Shown piece after piece: positions 41,372-50,133 of a DNA stretch of 64,000 nucleotides. The notes under the pieces are model-generated. The model was not told where the DNA came from. It saw only the letters and a program-made list of their open reading frames with translations, and ran no database searches. Within the stretch, counting starts at the first letter, position 1. The number at the start of each line of letters is the position of its first letter. The translations under genes were made by a program, and so were the position numbers. The stretch comes from Capsulimonadaceae bacterium (lineage in GTDB: Bacteria > Armatimonadota > Armatimonadia > Armatimonadales > Capsulimonadaceae): the NCBI GenBank assembly GCA_965215505.1, contig OZ244065.1:5888001-5952000 (forward strand), written 5' to 3'.

Positions 41372-41386
41372 AAGGTCCTCCGTGTT

Positions 41387-42232
41387 CTAGGGATAGGTGA
41401 AGCTGGGCATCCCCGGCTGGGTGTTCCCGGCAGCGCAGATATTGGGTTCGTTCGGCCCGGCGCTCTGTGAACTCTGTACCGTCGTGTCCATCACCCCAGG
41501 AATTGGGTTGTTGTAGATCAGCTCGCACCCGGTCAGGTCTTTGCTGTTCTGGAACGTGGTGGCATTGTAAGCCTTCGCATGGCCGTCATAGAAAATGGCG
41601 TTCATGCGGCCCTGATGCCGGTTGCCAGAGTGCCACATGTGCGCCGTATTCCCGCCGTAGTCCGGGTCAAAGTCGCCGTTGAATGCCTCGATCCAGGTGT
41701 CGCCGATAGTGCCGGCCGAGTCTCTGTCCCACTTCTCCACGATTACCGCCGTCTCGACTGGGTCATCAATCTTGGCCAGCGGGAGGCTTTCCGCCGAGCG
41801 GCAGGCGATGTAGGAGCGCGGGATCACGAGGTTGTTGCCGGCGTCCGCGCTGAGGGTGGGGCCGGCGTCACTGGGGCAGGTGAAAACCGCGTTGCTCTTG
41901 ACATACGGCATGATCTGGTTCCACCACTTGATCGTGTAGCTGGCGGCGGGGCGGACAACGCCGCTCCGCGAGTGGGCGGCGACCGTGTCGGCGTAGAAGA
42001 AGAGCTTCTCGTCGCTGTCGTTGATGTACTGCGAAACGGCGAGTCCGAGCTGCTTCTCGTTGGAGAGGCAGGTCGTGGCCCGCGCCCGCTCCCGGACGGA
42101 CTGGAAGACCGGGAAGAGGATGGCGGCAAGAATCGCAATGATGGCGATGACGACGAGCAGCTCGATCAGCGTAAACGCTTGAGTGTAGCCCCGGCGACTT
42201 CCGGGGCGGAGCGGCGGCAAGAGTTCTGACAT
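41387..42232 (-). CDS. Prepilin-type N-terminal cleavage/methylation protein with H-X9-DG motif (DUF1559-like)
   Basis: [48 protein letters not shown]. Confidence 0.92.
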   Translation of the reverse strand: MSELLPPLRPGSRRGYTQAFTLIELLVVIAIIAILAAILFPVFQSVRERARATTCLSNEKQLGLAVSQYINDSDEKLFFYADTVAAHSRSGVVRPAASYTIKWWNQIMPYVKSNAVFTCPSDAGPTLSADAGNNLVIPRSYIACRSAESLPLAKIDDPVETAVIVEKWDRDSAGTIGDTWIEAFNGDFDPDYGGNTAHMWHSGNRHQGRMNAIFYDGHAKAYNATTFQNSKDLTGCELIYNNPIPGVMDTTVQSSQSAGPNEPNICAAGNTQPGMPSFTYP

Positions 42233-42268
42233 GGGCGTTCTCCTCCAAACACTGGTTTCTGTGTGGCC

Positions 42269-42300
42269 AGTATACTAGGGCAATGTAAAGAGAACATTAA
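42269..42300 (-). promoter_or_regulatory. Two-unit Pho-box-like repeat plus a -10 element
   Basis: Minus strand: TTAATG-N5-TTTACA-N9-TATACT. Confidence 0.5.
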
Positions 42301-42340
42301 GAAGCCGCCGCGTGGCCGCAGAGTAGGTATAATCAGAAGC

Positions 42341-43813
42341 ATGACCTATGACATCGTCGTGATCGGGGGCGGCCTTCTCGGCGTGAGCATCGCGCGGGAC
42401 GCCGCAGGGCGCGGCCTGTCCGTCTGCCTGTTCGAGCAGGAGGACTTCGGCGCGGGGGCGACGTCGCGGGACAGCCGGCTGGTCACCGGCGGGCTGAACG
42501 CGCTCGAGTCCCTGGACTTCACGCGCGTCCGCGAGGACATCCGGGAGCGGGAGGTCCTGCGCCGGACCGCGCCGCATCTGGTCCAGGCGCAGCCCTGCCT
42601 CCTCCCCTTCTACGGCCAGGGCGTGCTGGCCCAGACCCGGCTGCGGGCGAGCCTCGCACTCACCGACGCCCTGGGCTTCGACCAGTCCCTCCCCGTGCAT
42701 CAGGTTCTGTCCCCGTCGGAGGCGCGCGCGCGCGCCCCCGGCCTGCGCGCCGAAGGGCTGGTGGGGGCCGCGCTGGTCTGGGAAGCATCCGTGCCCCGAA
42801 TCGAGAGGCTTGCCCTCGAACTCGCCCTGGACGCGCGCCGGCACGGGGCTTCGCTGCGGACGCACACGCGGGTCGAGGCGCTCCGCGCGGAGCGGGCCGG
42901 GCGGGGCCGGGAGCAGGTCACCGGCGTTCAGTGGGTGGACCGTCTCACCGGCGAAGAGGGCCGCACGGACGCAGGCCTAGTTGTCGTCGCCGCGGGTGCC
43001 TGGGAGTCCGGGCTGGCCCTGCCCGCCGCGCCCCCGCCGCGCCTGGTCAAGAGCGTGTCCATCATCGGCCCGCCGCTGCCGGGGCGCGGGGACGCCCTCA
43101 TATTCCCGCGCGAGGAGGAAGGCGGTCTGCTCACGGTCACATCCTGGCCGAAGGGCTGCCGCGTCGGCAGCGTCGAGGCCGACTTTGATGGGGACCTGGA
43201 CACCGCGCACGCAACGGGGGTGGAAGTCTCGGCCTTGCTCCGCCTCGTCCGTGACTTCCTGCCGGATGTGGCCTGGGAGGACACGGCGGGCGCGCAGGCC
43301 GCCGTGTATGCGCCCCTGCCGCATCACTCCCCCTCGTTCGGCACCGCCGCGCCGGCCCATGACATCCGGGACCACGCGGCCAACGGGGGGGCACAGGAGG
43401 GCCTGGTGAAGGCGGCCGCGAGCCGGGTGACCGGTACGCGCGCCGTCGCCGAGGAGGTCGTGGATCTTGCCTGCCGCAAACTGGGCCGCGCGCTCTCCAC
43501 GCCGCCCTGCCGGACCGACTCGACGCCGCTGCCCGCGCCCGCAGGCCCTACGCTCGACGCGCCCGCCCCGGATGATGCGGCCCTCCGCGCCGCCGTGGAG
43601 TGGGCGGTGGCCGAGGAGGAGTGCCGCACTCTGCGCGACTTTCTCGAACGCCGCTCGGCTCTGGCATGGGCGGCGGACGGCGGGCGGTCCGCCGTCCCCG
43701 CCGCCGTGGAGACGATGGCCGCCCTGCTCGGCTGGGATGCCGACCGCCGGGCGCGGGAGGCCAGGGCGTATGAGGCCGACCTTGCTCTGACGCAGGCCTT
43801 CCGCGTGCTTTAG
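42341..43813 (+). CDS. FAD-dependent glycerol-3-phosphate dehydrogenase-like oxidoreductase
   Basis: DIVVIGGG..G..IARDAAGRGL, EQEDFGAGATS, EREVL.RTAPHLV, GlpD-like C-terminus; divergent. Confidence 0.8.
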   Translation: MTYDIVVIGGGLLGVSIARDAAGRGLSVCLFEQEDFGAGATSRDSRLVTGGLNALESLDFTRVREDIREREVLRRTAPHLVQAQPCLLPFYGQGVLAQTRLRASLALTDALGFDQSLPVHQVLSPSEARARAPGLRAEGLVGAALVWEASVPRIERLALELALDARRHGASLRTHTRVEALRAERAGRGREQVTGVQWVDRLTGEEGRTDAGLVVVAAGAWESGLALPAAPPPRLVKSVSIIGPPLPGRGDALIFPREEEGGLLTVTSWPKGCRVGSVEADFDGDLDTAHATGVEVSALLRLVRDFLPDVAWEDTAGAQAAVYAPLPHHSPSFGTAAPAHDIRDHAANGGAQEGLVKAAASRVTGTRAVAEEVVDLACRKLGRALSTPPCRTDSTPLPAPAGPTLDAPAPDDAALRAAVEWAVAEEECRTLRDFLERRSALAWAADGGRSAVPAAVETMAALLGWDADRRAREARAYEADLALTQAFRVL

Positions 43814-43916
43814 GTGTGCTGAGGGTACGCCGAGGGGAAGTGGAAGATCGGGAAATGAGAGAAACGGCCCGCAACCACTTCCTGGTTGCGGGCCGCCCCG
43901 AGTTGACCGGGCCGAG

Positions 43917-44882
43917 TCAGTTGCAGTTCGGGTGCGGGCCGTTGAAGTCGGTCGCCCACAGGCAGACATCCCCGACCACCTTCTCGTAGCGGATCGCCTT
44001 GACGTGCCCGTCCGCGAACTGGCAGTTGATCAGGCTGATGTGGCGGCTCGGGATCATCTGCAAGGCCTGAGCGGGGGTGACGGCGCTCCCCGTGCTCCAG
44101 CTCCAGTTCGAGTTGCCGATGTTCATCCAGTAGCTCTTGTACTGGCCGCCCTGGTTGTTCAGGAAGGGCACGTCGCCGTTCGTCGGGTCGGTGTTCAGGT
44201 TGTCGGTGACGGTCATGCCGCTCTGATTGTTGACGTCAGGGCAGACGCCGTAGTAGGTCGCGTCGGTCATCAGGATCGTGCCGGCGGGGCGGGTCACTTC
44301 CGCCAGGGAGACGATGTGGGCCGGGGCGCCGCCGGTGGCATAAGTGCCGGCGGGACTCATCCATGCGTCGTTGTGCCCGTAGCTGTTCTCGCCGCCATAC
44401 CCGGTGCCGCTGCATCCCGTGGCGTTCTGGCCACACCCGTTGGCCGCAGACCCCGTCGGGTCGTTCGTGCCGACCCAGGCGTTCGGGGCGTCGGGGCACT
44501 TGAACACGTCGTAGCTCTTGACGAACGGCTGGAGCATGCTGATCCAGAAGGTACGGTGTTCGGCGTTCTGAGTCAGGCCGGCGTTCGGGGTGGGGCCGCC
44601 GTTGGACTGGGCCATCGGGTTGCAGTACGACCCGGCCGCGCCGCAGTCGTAGCGGTGGGGGTAGAACTTCTCGTCCGAGTCCTGCGTGTACTGGATCGTC
44701 GCGACGCCGATCTGCTTGAGGTTGCTCAGGCATTGGGTGCGGCGGGCATTCTCCCTTACCTTCTGGAAGACGGGGAAGAGGATGGCGGCGAGGATCGCGA
44801 TGATGGCGATGACGACGAGCAGCTCGATCAGCGTGAAGCCCGGTCGGTGCTTGACGTGGGAGCGGTTGGGGCTGTCCAGCAT
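43917..44882 (-). CDS. Prepilin-type N-terminal cleavage/methylation protein with H-X9-DG motif (DUF1559-like)
   Basis: [50 protein letters not shown]. Confidence 0.92.
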   Translation of the reverse strand: MLDSPNRSHVKHRPGFTLIELLVVIAIIAILAAILFPVFQKVRENARRTQCLSNLKQIGVATIQYTQDSDEKFYPHRYDCGAAGSYCNPMAQSNGGPTPNAGLTQNAEHRTFWISMLQPFVKSYDVFKCPDAPNAWVGTNDPTGSAANGCGQNATGCSGTGYGGENSYGHNDAWMSPAGTYATGGAPAHIVSLAEVTRPAGTILMTDATYYGVCPDVNNQSGMTVTDNLNTDPTNGDVPFLNNQGGQYKSYWMNIGNSNWSWSTGSAVTPAQALQMIPSRHISLINCQFADGHVKAIRYEKVVGDVCLWATDFNGPHPNCN

Positions 44883-44964
44883 TATTGTCTCTTTCTTCTT
44901 AGACTGGGCCGCCTGCGATGTGTGCGCGGCCACCTATAGTCTACAGCCGGACAAGGAGAGTTTC

Positions 44965-45004
44965 GATTAAGACAAGATTAAGCTTGGATTAAGTTTGTGT
45001 TAAG
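44965..45004 (-). promoter_or_regulatory. Pho-box-like array of four 11-bp-spaced CTTAAY repeats
   Basis: TTAA at 44967, 44978, 44989 and 45000; the minus strand reads CTTAAC, CTTAAT, CTTAAT, CTTAAT. Confidence 0.7.
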
Positions 45005-45021
45005 CGGGCAAATGGGGGCGG

Positions 45022-45660
45022 TCAGGCGGGCGGCGACGGCTGATGGGTCAGCCGCGCCAGCTCCCGGCCAAGCTCCTGCGTGATGGCCTCGATGGCCCGG
45101 CCGCGCGGCATCCCGCCGAAGTCCTGGGGGCGGATCGGCGGGCCGTAGGTGACGACGACCGGCCTGGGGGACCAGCGCGGGGTCAGCGTGCCGTAGGGCA
45201 GGACGCCGTTGACGTTCTCCAGGCCGACCGGGATGATCGGCGTCCCCGTCCGCAGGGCGACCAGGGCGACGCCCGGCTGGAGGCGCTGCAAGCGGCCGTC
45301 CTCCGAAGCGCGGCCTTCGGGGAACAGCAGGACCGGCTCGCCGCCCTTCAAAACCTCCTCGATGCGCCGCAGGGCCGCACGGTCCGGCGTGTCCCGGTGG
45401 ATCTGGATGCCCTGGAGCCGGGCGAACCACGGCCCCAGGACGGGGATCTGGAACAGCTCCTTCTTGCCCACCATCCAGCAGCGGCGCGGGGCGGTGACGA
45501 AGATCGCCGTCGGGTCGGCATCGCTGATGTGGTTCGGGCAGTACAGCACCCCGCCCCGGCGCGGGACGTTGCCCTCGCCGCTCGACCGCAGGCGGCCCAG
45601 GACGCGCAGGATCAGGCGCAGGGAGGCGAACAAAAGGGGATAGCTGAGGAAGTAGATCAT
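45022..45660 (-). CDS. plsC: 1-acyl-sn-glycerol-3-phosphate acyltransferase
   Basis: NHISDAD (HX4D), KKELF, LFPEGR, PIIPVG; ATG 45660 overlaps the MFS stop. Confidence 0.85.
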   Translation of the reverse strand: MIYFLSYPLLFASLRLILRVLGRLRSSGEGNVPRRGGVLYCPNHISDADPTAIFVTAPRRCWMVGKKELFQIPVLGPWFARLQGIQIHRDTPDRAALRRIEEVLKGGEPVLLFPEGRASEDGRLQRLQPGVALVALRTGTPIIPVGLENVNGVLPYGTLTPRWSPRPVVVTYGPPIRPQDFGGMPRGRAIEAITQELGRELARLTHQPSPPA

Positions 45661-46994
45661 GCCCGGATTTCCCCCATCCGGGCCGCGACCTCGCCCGCCG
45701 CCTCCCGCTCGCGCAGCAGCGAGAGGACGCCGAAGCCGAGTGCCAGGCAGACGGCGCAGACGGCGAAGATGACGCGGTAGCCGCCCTGCCCGTTGTGGCT
45801 GCTCAGGTTGATGAGCGTCCCCGTCAGCGCGACCGCGCCCGGCCCGGAGATGGAGGCGGCGGCCGTCTGCAAGCCGACATAGAAGCCGATCTCTTTGGGC
45901 GGCACGAGCCGGGTCAGCAGCGGGTAGGCGGAGGCGTTCTGCGCGCCGATGCCAAGCCCCGCCAGGCCCAGGACGACCGCGACCTGCGCGAGCGTCGTCA
46001 CCCAGAGCGCGTTCGCGGCGGCGACCGTGATCAGGGCGAGGCTGAACAGCAGCAGCCGCTTCGGCCCGAAGCGGTTGACCAGCGGGCCGAAGAGGAGGCT
46101 GCCCAGCCCGGTGCAGACGAGCAGCAGCACGGACATGAGCAGGGAAGTCCCGTCGGAGCAGTGCGTGATGCGCTTGATGAACGTGGTCAGGTAGGGCGTC
46201 ACCGCCCCGATGCCGGCCCCGAACAGCAGAAACATCGCCATATAGACCCGCGCCTGCCTCAGAGTCCGAAGCCCGGCCAGGGCGAGCTTGACGTCGTCCA
46301 TCTGCCCGCGCCGCGTCTCCGGCGGCGGCGTCACCGCCGGCTCCGAGGTCCGCGCGCAGGTCAGCAGTGTCGTCCCCAGCATCAGCAGGCCGACGAGGGT
46401 GAAGCCCACGGCCAGCGGCAGGTGCAGGACGGCGATCAGAGCAAGGATCGTGATCTGCCCCAGCGCCCCGACAAAGAACCAGAAGCCGGTCACCTTGCCG
46501 CGCTGCTCCGGCGTCGTGATGTCCGCCAAGAGTGCCTGGTACGGGTCCATGGCGACGTTGAAGGTGAGCGTGAACAGGAAGATGCACAGGACGACGCCCG
46601 CCAGCCGGAGGCCGGGCGGCAGGTGGGCGGCGGCGGGCGCGAGCAGCAGGAACAGGGCGGAGACCAGGATGAAGACCCGCATGAAGGGCCGCCGCCGCCC
46701 GCCCGGCCCGCGCAGGCGGTCGCTGATCGAGCCGACGACGGGCTGGATGAAGACGCCCTCGAACGAGTGCGACCCGCCCATGATCCCCAGCACGACCGCG
46801 TTCTGCGTGTACGCCTGGAGCCACAGCGGGATCACGAAGTTGTTGAAGGCGTAGAACATCCCGTAGCCCAGGTTCGCCAGGCTGTACCAGAGGATGCCGG
46901 CCAGCGGGAGCGGCGCGCGCGCCAGTGCCGCCGGCGTCTCCGGGGGAACGGTGGGGGCCGGGGGCCAGGCCGGCGGGGTGTCTGCGGTATCCAT
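45657..46994 (-). CDS. MFS/GPH-type sugar transporter
   Basis: QPVVGSISDR..GRRRPF, PYQALLADIT, about 12 TM helices. Confidence 0.88.
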   Translation of the reverse strand: MDTADTPPAWPPAPTVPPETPAALARAPLPLAGILWYSLANLGYGMFYAFNNFVIPLWLQAYTQNAVVLGIMGGSHSFEGVFIQPVVGSISDRLRGPGGRRRPFMRVFILVSALFLLLAPAAAHLPPGLRLAGVVLCIFLFTLTFNVAMDPYQALLADITTPEQRGKVTGFWFFVGALGQITILALIAVLHLPLAVGFTLVGLLMLGTTLLTCARTSEPAVTPPPETRRGQMDDVKLALAGLRTLRQARVYMAMFLLFGAGIGAVTPYLTTFIKRITHCSDGTSLLMSVLLLVCTGLGSLLFGPLVNRFGPKRLLLFSLALITVAAANALWVTTLAQVAVVLGLAGLGIGAQNASAYPLLTRLVPPKEIGFYVGLQTAAASISGPGAVALTGTLINLSSHNGQGGYRVIFAVCAVCLALGFGVLSLLREREAAGEVAARMGEIRA

Positions 46995-47125
46995 GTGGGG
47001 CCTAGTTCGCGGGCGGCAGGTCATTCTCCTGCCTGCACCAATGACGGGTGGCATGCCCGGCGGGAACCCGCCCCGTCTGCCCGCCGTTAGGGGGATAAGG
47101 CAGCCTTAGAAGGTACACTCATATT

Positions 47126-48193
47126 ATGGAAACGCTGACACAACCACTGACGATGGCCCGCACCGACGCGAACCCGCCCGCGCAGAGCTTCGGACAGGAA
47201 AACGACCTGTCCCTGCGCGTCCGCGCGATTGACCCCGCCCTGGACCTCGAGGCCGAGATCCTGCGCCTGAAGAAAGAGCTGAACGCCGTCATCCTGGCGC
47301 ACTACTACCAGGACTCGGACATCCAGGACCTGGCCGACCATGTGGGGGACAGCCTGGCACTCGCGCAGGCGGCGGCGGCGACCGACGCCGACGTGATCGT
47401 CTTCTGCGGCGTCCACTTTATGGCCGAGACGGCGAAGATCCTTAACCCCGACAAGCTGGTCCTCCTGCCGGACCTTGACGCCGGCTGCTCCCTGGCCGAC
47501 CGCTGCCCGATTGACGAGTACGCCGAGTGGCTGAAGCAGTATCCCGGCCATACGGTCATCAATTACATCAATTCGTCTGCGGCCGTCAAGGCCGTCTCGG
47601 ACATCATCGTGACCTCTTCCAACGCCGCCGACATCGTCCGGCAGCTCCCCCTGGACACGCCCATCGTGTTCGGCCCGGACCGGCACCTGGGCCGCTGGGT
47701 GGAGAAGGAGACGGGGCGCGAGATGGTGCTGTGGCCGGGCTTCTGCATCGTCCACGAGCAGTTCAACGCCCGCCGCCTGGCCAAGACGCGGGCGGCCTAC
47801 CCGCAGGCGCGGCTTATCGCCCACCCGGAGTGCGAGGAGGCCGTTTTGGAGCAGGCGGACTTCATCGGCTCGACGCTGGCCCTGCTGCGCTATGTCCAGA
47901 CGCACCCGCAGCACAAGCAGTTCATCGTCGCCACCGAGGTCGGCATCCTGCACCAGATGGAGAAGGCGCGGCCCGATGCCGAGTTCATCTGCTCCCCGCC
48001 CAATTCGGGCTGTAACTGCGCCTCCTGCCCGTACATGCGGCTGAACACGTTGGAAAAGCTCTACCTCGCCATGCGCGACAAGCGGCCCGAGATCACGATG
48101 GACGAGGGGACGCGCCTGCGCGCCCTGCGCCCGGTCCAGAGGATGCTGGACATGAGTAAGGGGCTGCCGCTGGTCCAGCAGAAGGGTGACTAG
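47126..48193 (+). CDS. nadA: Quinolinate synthase
   Basis: [47 protein letters not shown]. Confidence 0.97.
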   Translation: METLTQPLTMARTDANPPAQSFGQENDLSLRVRAIDPALDLEAEILRLKKELNAVILAHYYQDSDIQDLADHVGDSLALAQAAAATDADVIVFCGVHFMAETAKILNPDKLVLLPDLDAGCSLADRCPIDEYAEWLKQYPGHTVINYINSSAAVKAVSDIIVTSSNAADIVRQLPLDTPIVFGPDRHLGRWVEKETGREMVLWPGFCIVHEQFNARRLAKTRAAYPQARLIAHPECEEAVLEQADFIGSTLALLRYVQTHPQHKQFIVATEVGILHQMEKARPDAEFICSPPNSGCNCASCPYMRLNTLEKLYLAMRDKRPEITMDEGTRLRALRPVQRMLDMSKGLPLVQQKGD

Positions 48194-48503
48194 CATGACG
48201 CGCGCCGAGGCCCTGGCCGTCCTGACCGCCCACCGCTCTGAATTGGCCGCCTTCGGCCTGCGCCGCCTGGCACTGTTTGGTTCAGTGGCGCGCGACGAGG
48301 CCGGACCGGACAGCGATGTGGATGTACTCGTGGAGTTTGAGGGCAAGGCAACGCTGGACCGTTACGCGGGCCTGAACGATCGCCTGGAAGACCTTCTGCG
48401 GCGGCCCGTGGACTTGGCAACCCCGAGTATGATTCGCCCGTTTATGCGTGAAGGCGTAGAGGAGGATGCTTGTGAGGTCAAAGGATTATCGCCCGTTTCT
48501 TGA
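48186..48503 (+). CDS. MNT (minimal nucleotidyltransferase) antitoxin, MntA-like
   Basis: [20 protein letters not shown] (GSX10DXD). Confidence 0.9.
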   Translation: MTSMTRAEALAVLTAHRSELAAFGLRRLALFGSVARDEAGPDSDVDVLVEFEGKATLDRYAGLNDRLEDLLRRPVDLATPSMIRPFMREGVEEDACEVKGLSPVS

Positions 48504-48809
48504 CGACATCCGCCGCTCCTGTGAGCGCGTAATTCGTTACACCAATGGCTTCACGGAAGAGCAGTTCTTAGCGGATGAAAAACTTACGACGCCACCCTGC
48601 GTCACCTCATTATCATCGGCGAGGCCGTTAAGCAACTTCCCGAAGAAGTGCGCGGACAATACCCGGCGGTGGAGTGGAAGCAGATCGCCCGCTTCCGCGA
48701 CCATGTCATCCACAGGTATTTTTCCGTCAATAACGACATCATTTGGGATGTTGTCGCCAACAAAGTGACTCAACTGCTCGCCGCATTAACGACGAACTTG
48801 GACACATAA
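48466..48809 (+). pseudogene. HEPN/DUF86 (HepT-like) RNase toxin, frameshifted in an A-run
   Basis: Adding one A to A5 at 48578-48582 gives ...DEKTYDATLRHLIIIGEAVKQLP...WKQIARFRDHVIHRYF...IIWDVV to TAA 48809, with the RX4H(X)Y motif. Confidence 0.8.
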
Positions 48810-48815
48810 ACCCTC

Positions 48816-49724
48816 ATGACCCTTTCTGAACCCCTTCTCGGCGAAGCCCTCGACACGACCGTCACCACACTGATGAAGCCCCTGCTCGGCGCGCACATGC
48901 CGACGGCGGGGGGGCACCACAACGCCATCACGGACGGCGCGGCCATCGGGTGCCGCAGCGTCCAGATCTTCACGGCCTCGCCGCGCCAGTGGCGGGCACC
49001 GGCCATCGCGCCCGAAGTGGCCGAGAAATTCAAGCAGGTCGTGCGCGAGAGCGGCATCACCAAGACGGTCGCGCACGACTCGTATCTGATCAACCTGGCC
49101 GCCGAGCCGGGGAGCGACGTGCTGGCGAAGTCGCGGGCCGCCTTCCGGGCGGAGATCGAGCGGGCCGAGACTTTGGGCGTGGACTTCCTGGTTTCCCACC
49201 CCGGCGCGCACGGCGGGGCGGGGGAGGATGTCGGGATCGCGCGGCTGATCGAGAGCCTGGACATCATCCACCGCGAAACGGCGGGGGCGAATGTGCGCGT
49301 CGCCATCGAAACGACGGCGGGGCAGGGGACTTATCTGGGCGGGCGCTTCGAGCAGATCGCGCGCATCCTCAGCGGCGTCGAAGACCCGTCCCGGCTGGCC
49401 GTCTGCCTGGACACCTGCCACGTCTTCGCGGCGGGCTACGACATACGGACGCCCGAGGCGTACCAGGAGACGATGCGGCTGTTCGACGAGGTCATCGGGC
49501 TGGCGAACCTGCAAGTCATCCACGCCAACGACTCGCAGAAGGCGTTCGGAAGTCACGCCGACCGGCACGCGCACATCGGGGAGGGGGAGATCGGGCTGGA
49601 GGCTTTCCGGCTGCTGGTGAACGACCCGCGCTTGGCGGGCCTGCCGGTCATCGTGGAGACGCCCGAGAGCGAGACGATGCACGAGGTCAACGTCCGCCGC
49701 CTGCATGACCTCCTGGCTGGGTGA
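48816..49724 (+). CDS. nfo: Endonuclease IV
   Basis: LGAHM, QIF, H.SYLINLA, HPG, IETTAGQG, CLDTCH.FAAG, HANDS, DRHAHIGEG, ETP; start may be 48873. Confidence 0.95.
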   Translation: MTLSEPLLGEALDTTVTTLMKPLLGAHMPTAGGHHNAITDGAAIGCRSVQIFTASPRQWRAPAIAPEVAEKFKQVVRESGITKTVAHDSYLINLAAEPGSDVLAKSRAAFRAEIERAETLGVDFLVSHPGAHGGAGEDVGIARLIESLDIIHRETAGANVRVAIETTAGQGTYLGGRFEQIARILSGVEDPSRLAVCLDTCHVFAAGYDIRTPEAYQETMRLFDEVIGLANLQVIHANDSQKAFGSHADRHAHIGEGEIGLEAFRLLVNDPRLAGLPVIVETPESETMHEVNVRRLHDLLAG

Positions 49725-49804
49725 TCTGATGGCCGCATGGCCCCTCCCGCAACTTTTCCCGGCGGCGCGTGTCAGAGTCTCCAGTAACCACGGAGGTACG
49801 CGCC

Positions 49805-50107
49805 ATGAACAACTCCCCCGACCCGAGCGGCGGGATCATCGCCGGCTTTGTTCTGCTGTACGGCTTTCTCATCCTGCTGGGCCTCGCCTCTTTCGTCTTC
49901 TGGATCGTCGAGATCGTGGACGTCGCCCGGCGCGAGTTCCGGGACCCGAACACGAAGCTGCTCTGGCTGCTCGTCGTCATCCTCGCGCACGGCCTGGGGG
50001 CGCTGATCTACTACTTCGCCGGCAAGCCGCAGGGCTGGCTGCCGGGGCAGACGCCGCTTTACCCGCAGTACCCGCCACGGTATCCGCCGCAAGACAGGCA
50101 GGAATAA
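49805..50107 (+). CDS. Small membrane protein with PLDc N-terminal-like domain
   Basis: FWI..IVD......K.LWLLVV......GALIYY; GGAGG RBS. Confidence 0.75.
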   Translation: MNNSPDPSGGIIAGFVLLYGFLILLGLASFVFWIVEIVDVARREFRDPNTKLLWLLVVILAHGLGALIYYFAGKPQGWLPGQTPLYPQYPPRYPPQDRQE

Positions 50108-50133
50108 AGTCGGGTCGGCGGTAATTGTAAGGC

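Noticed and set aside
45661-46824. 600-aa extended PlsC ORF
   Set aside because: The upstream part is an alternative frame of the MFS gene; the acyltransferase starts at 45660.
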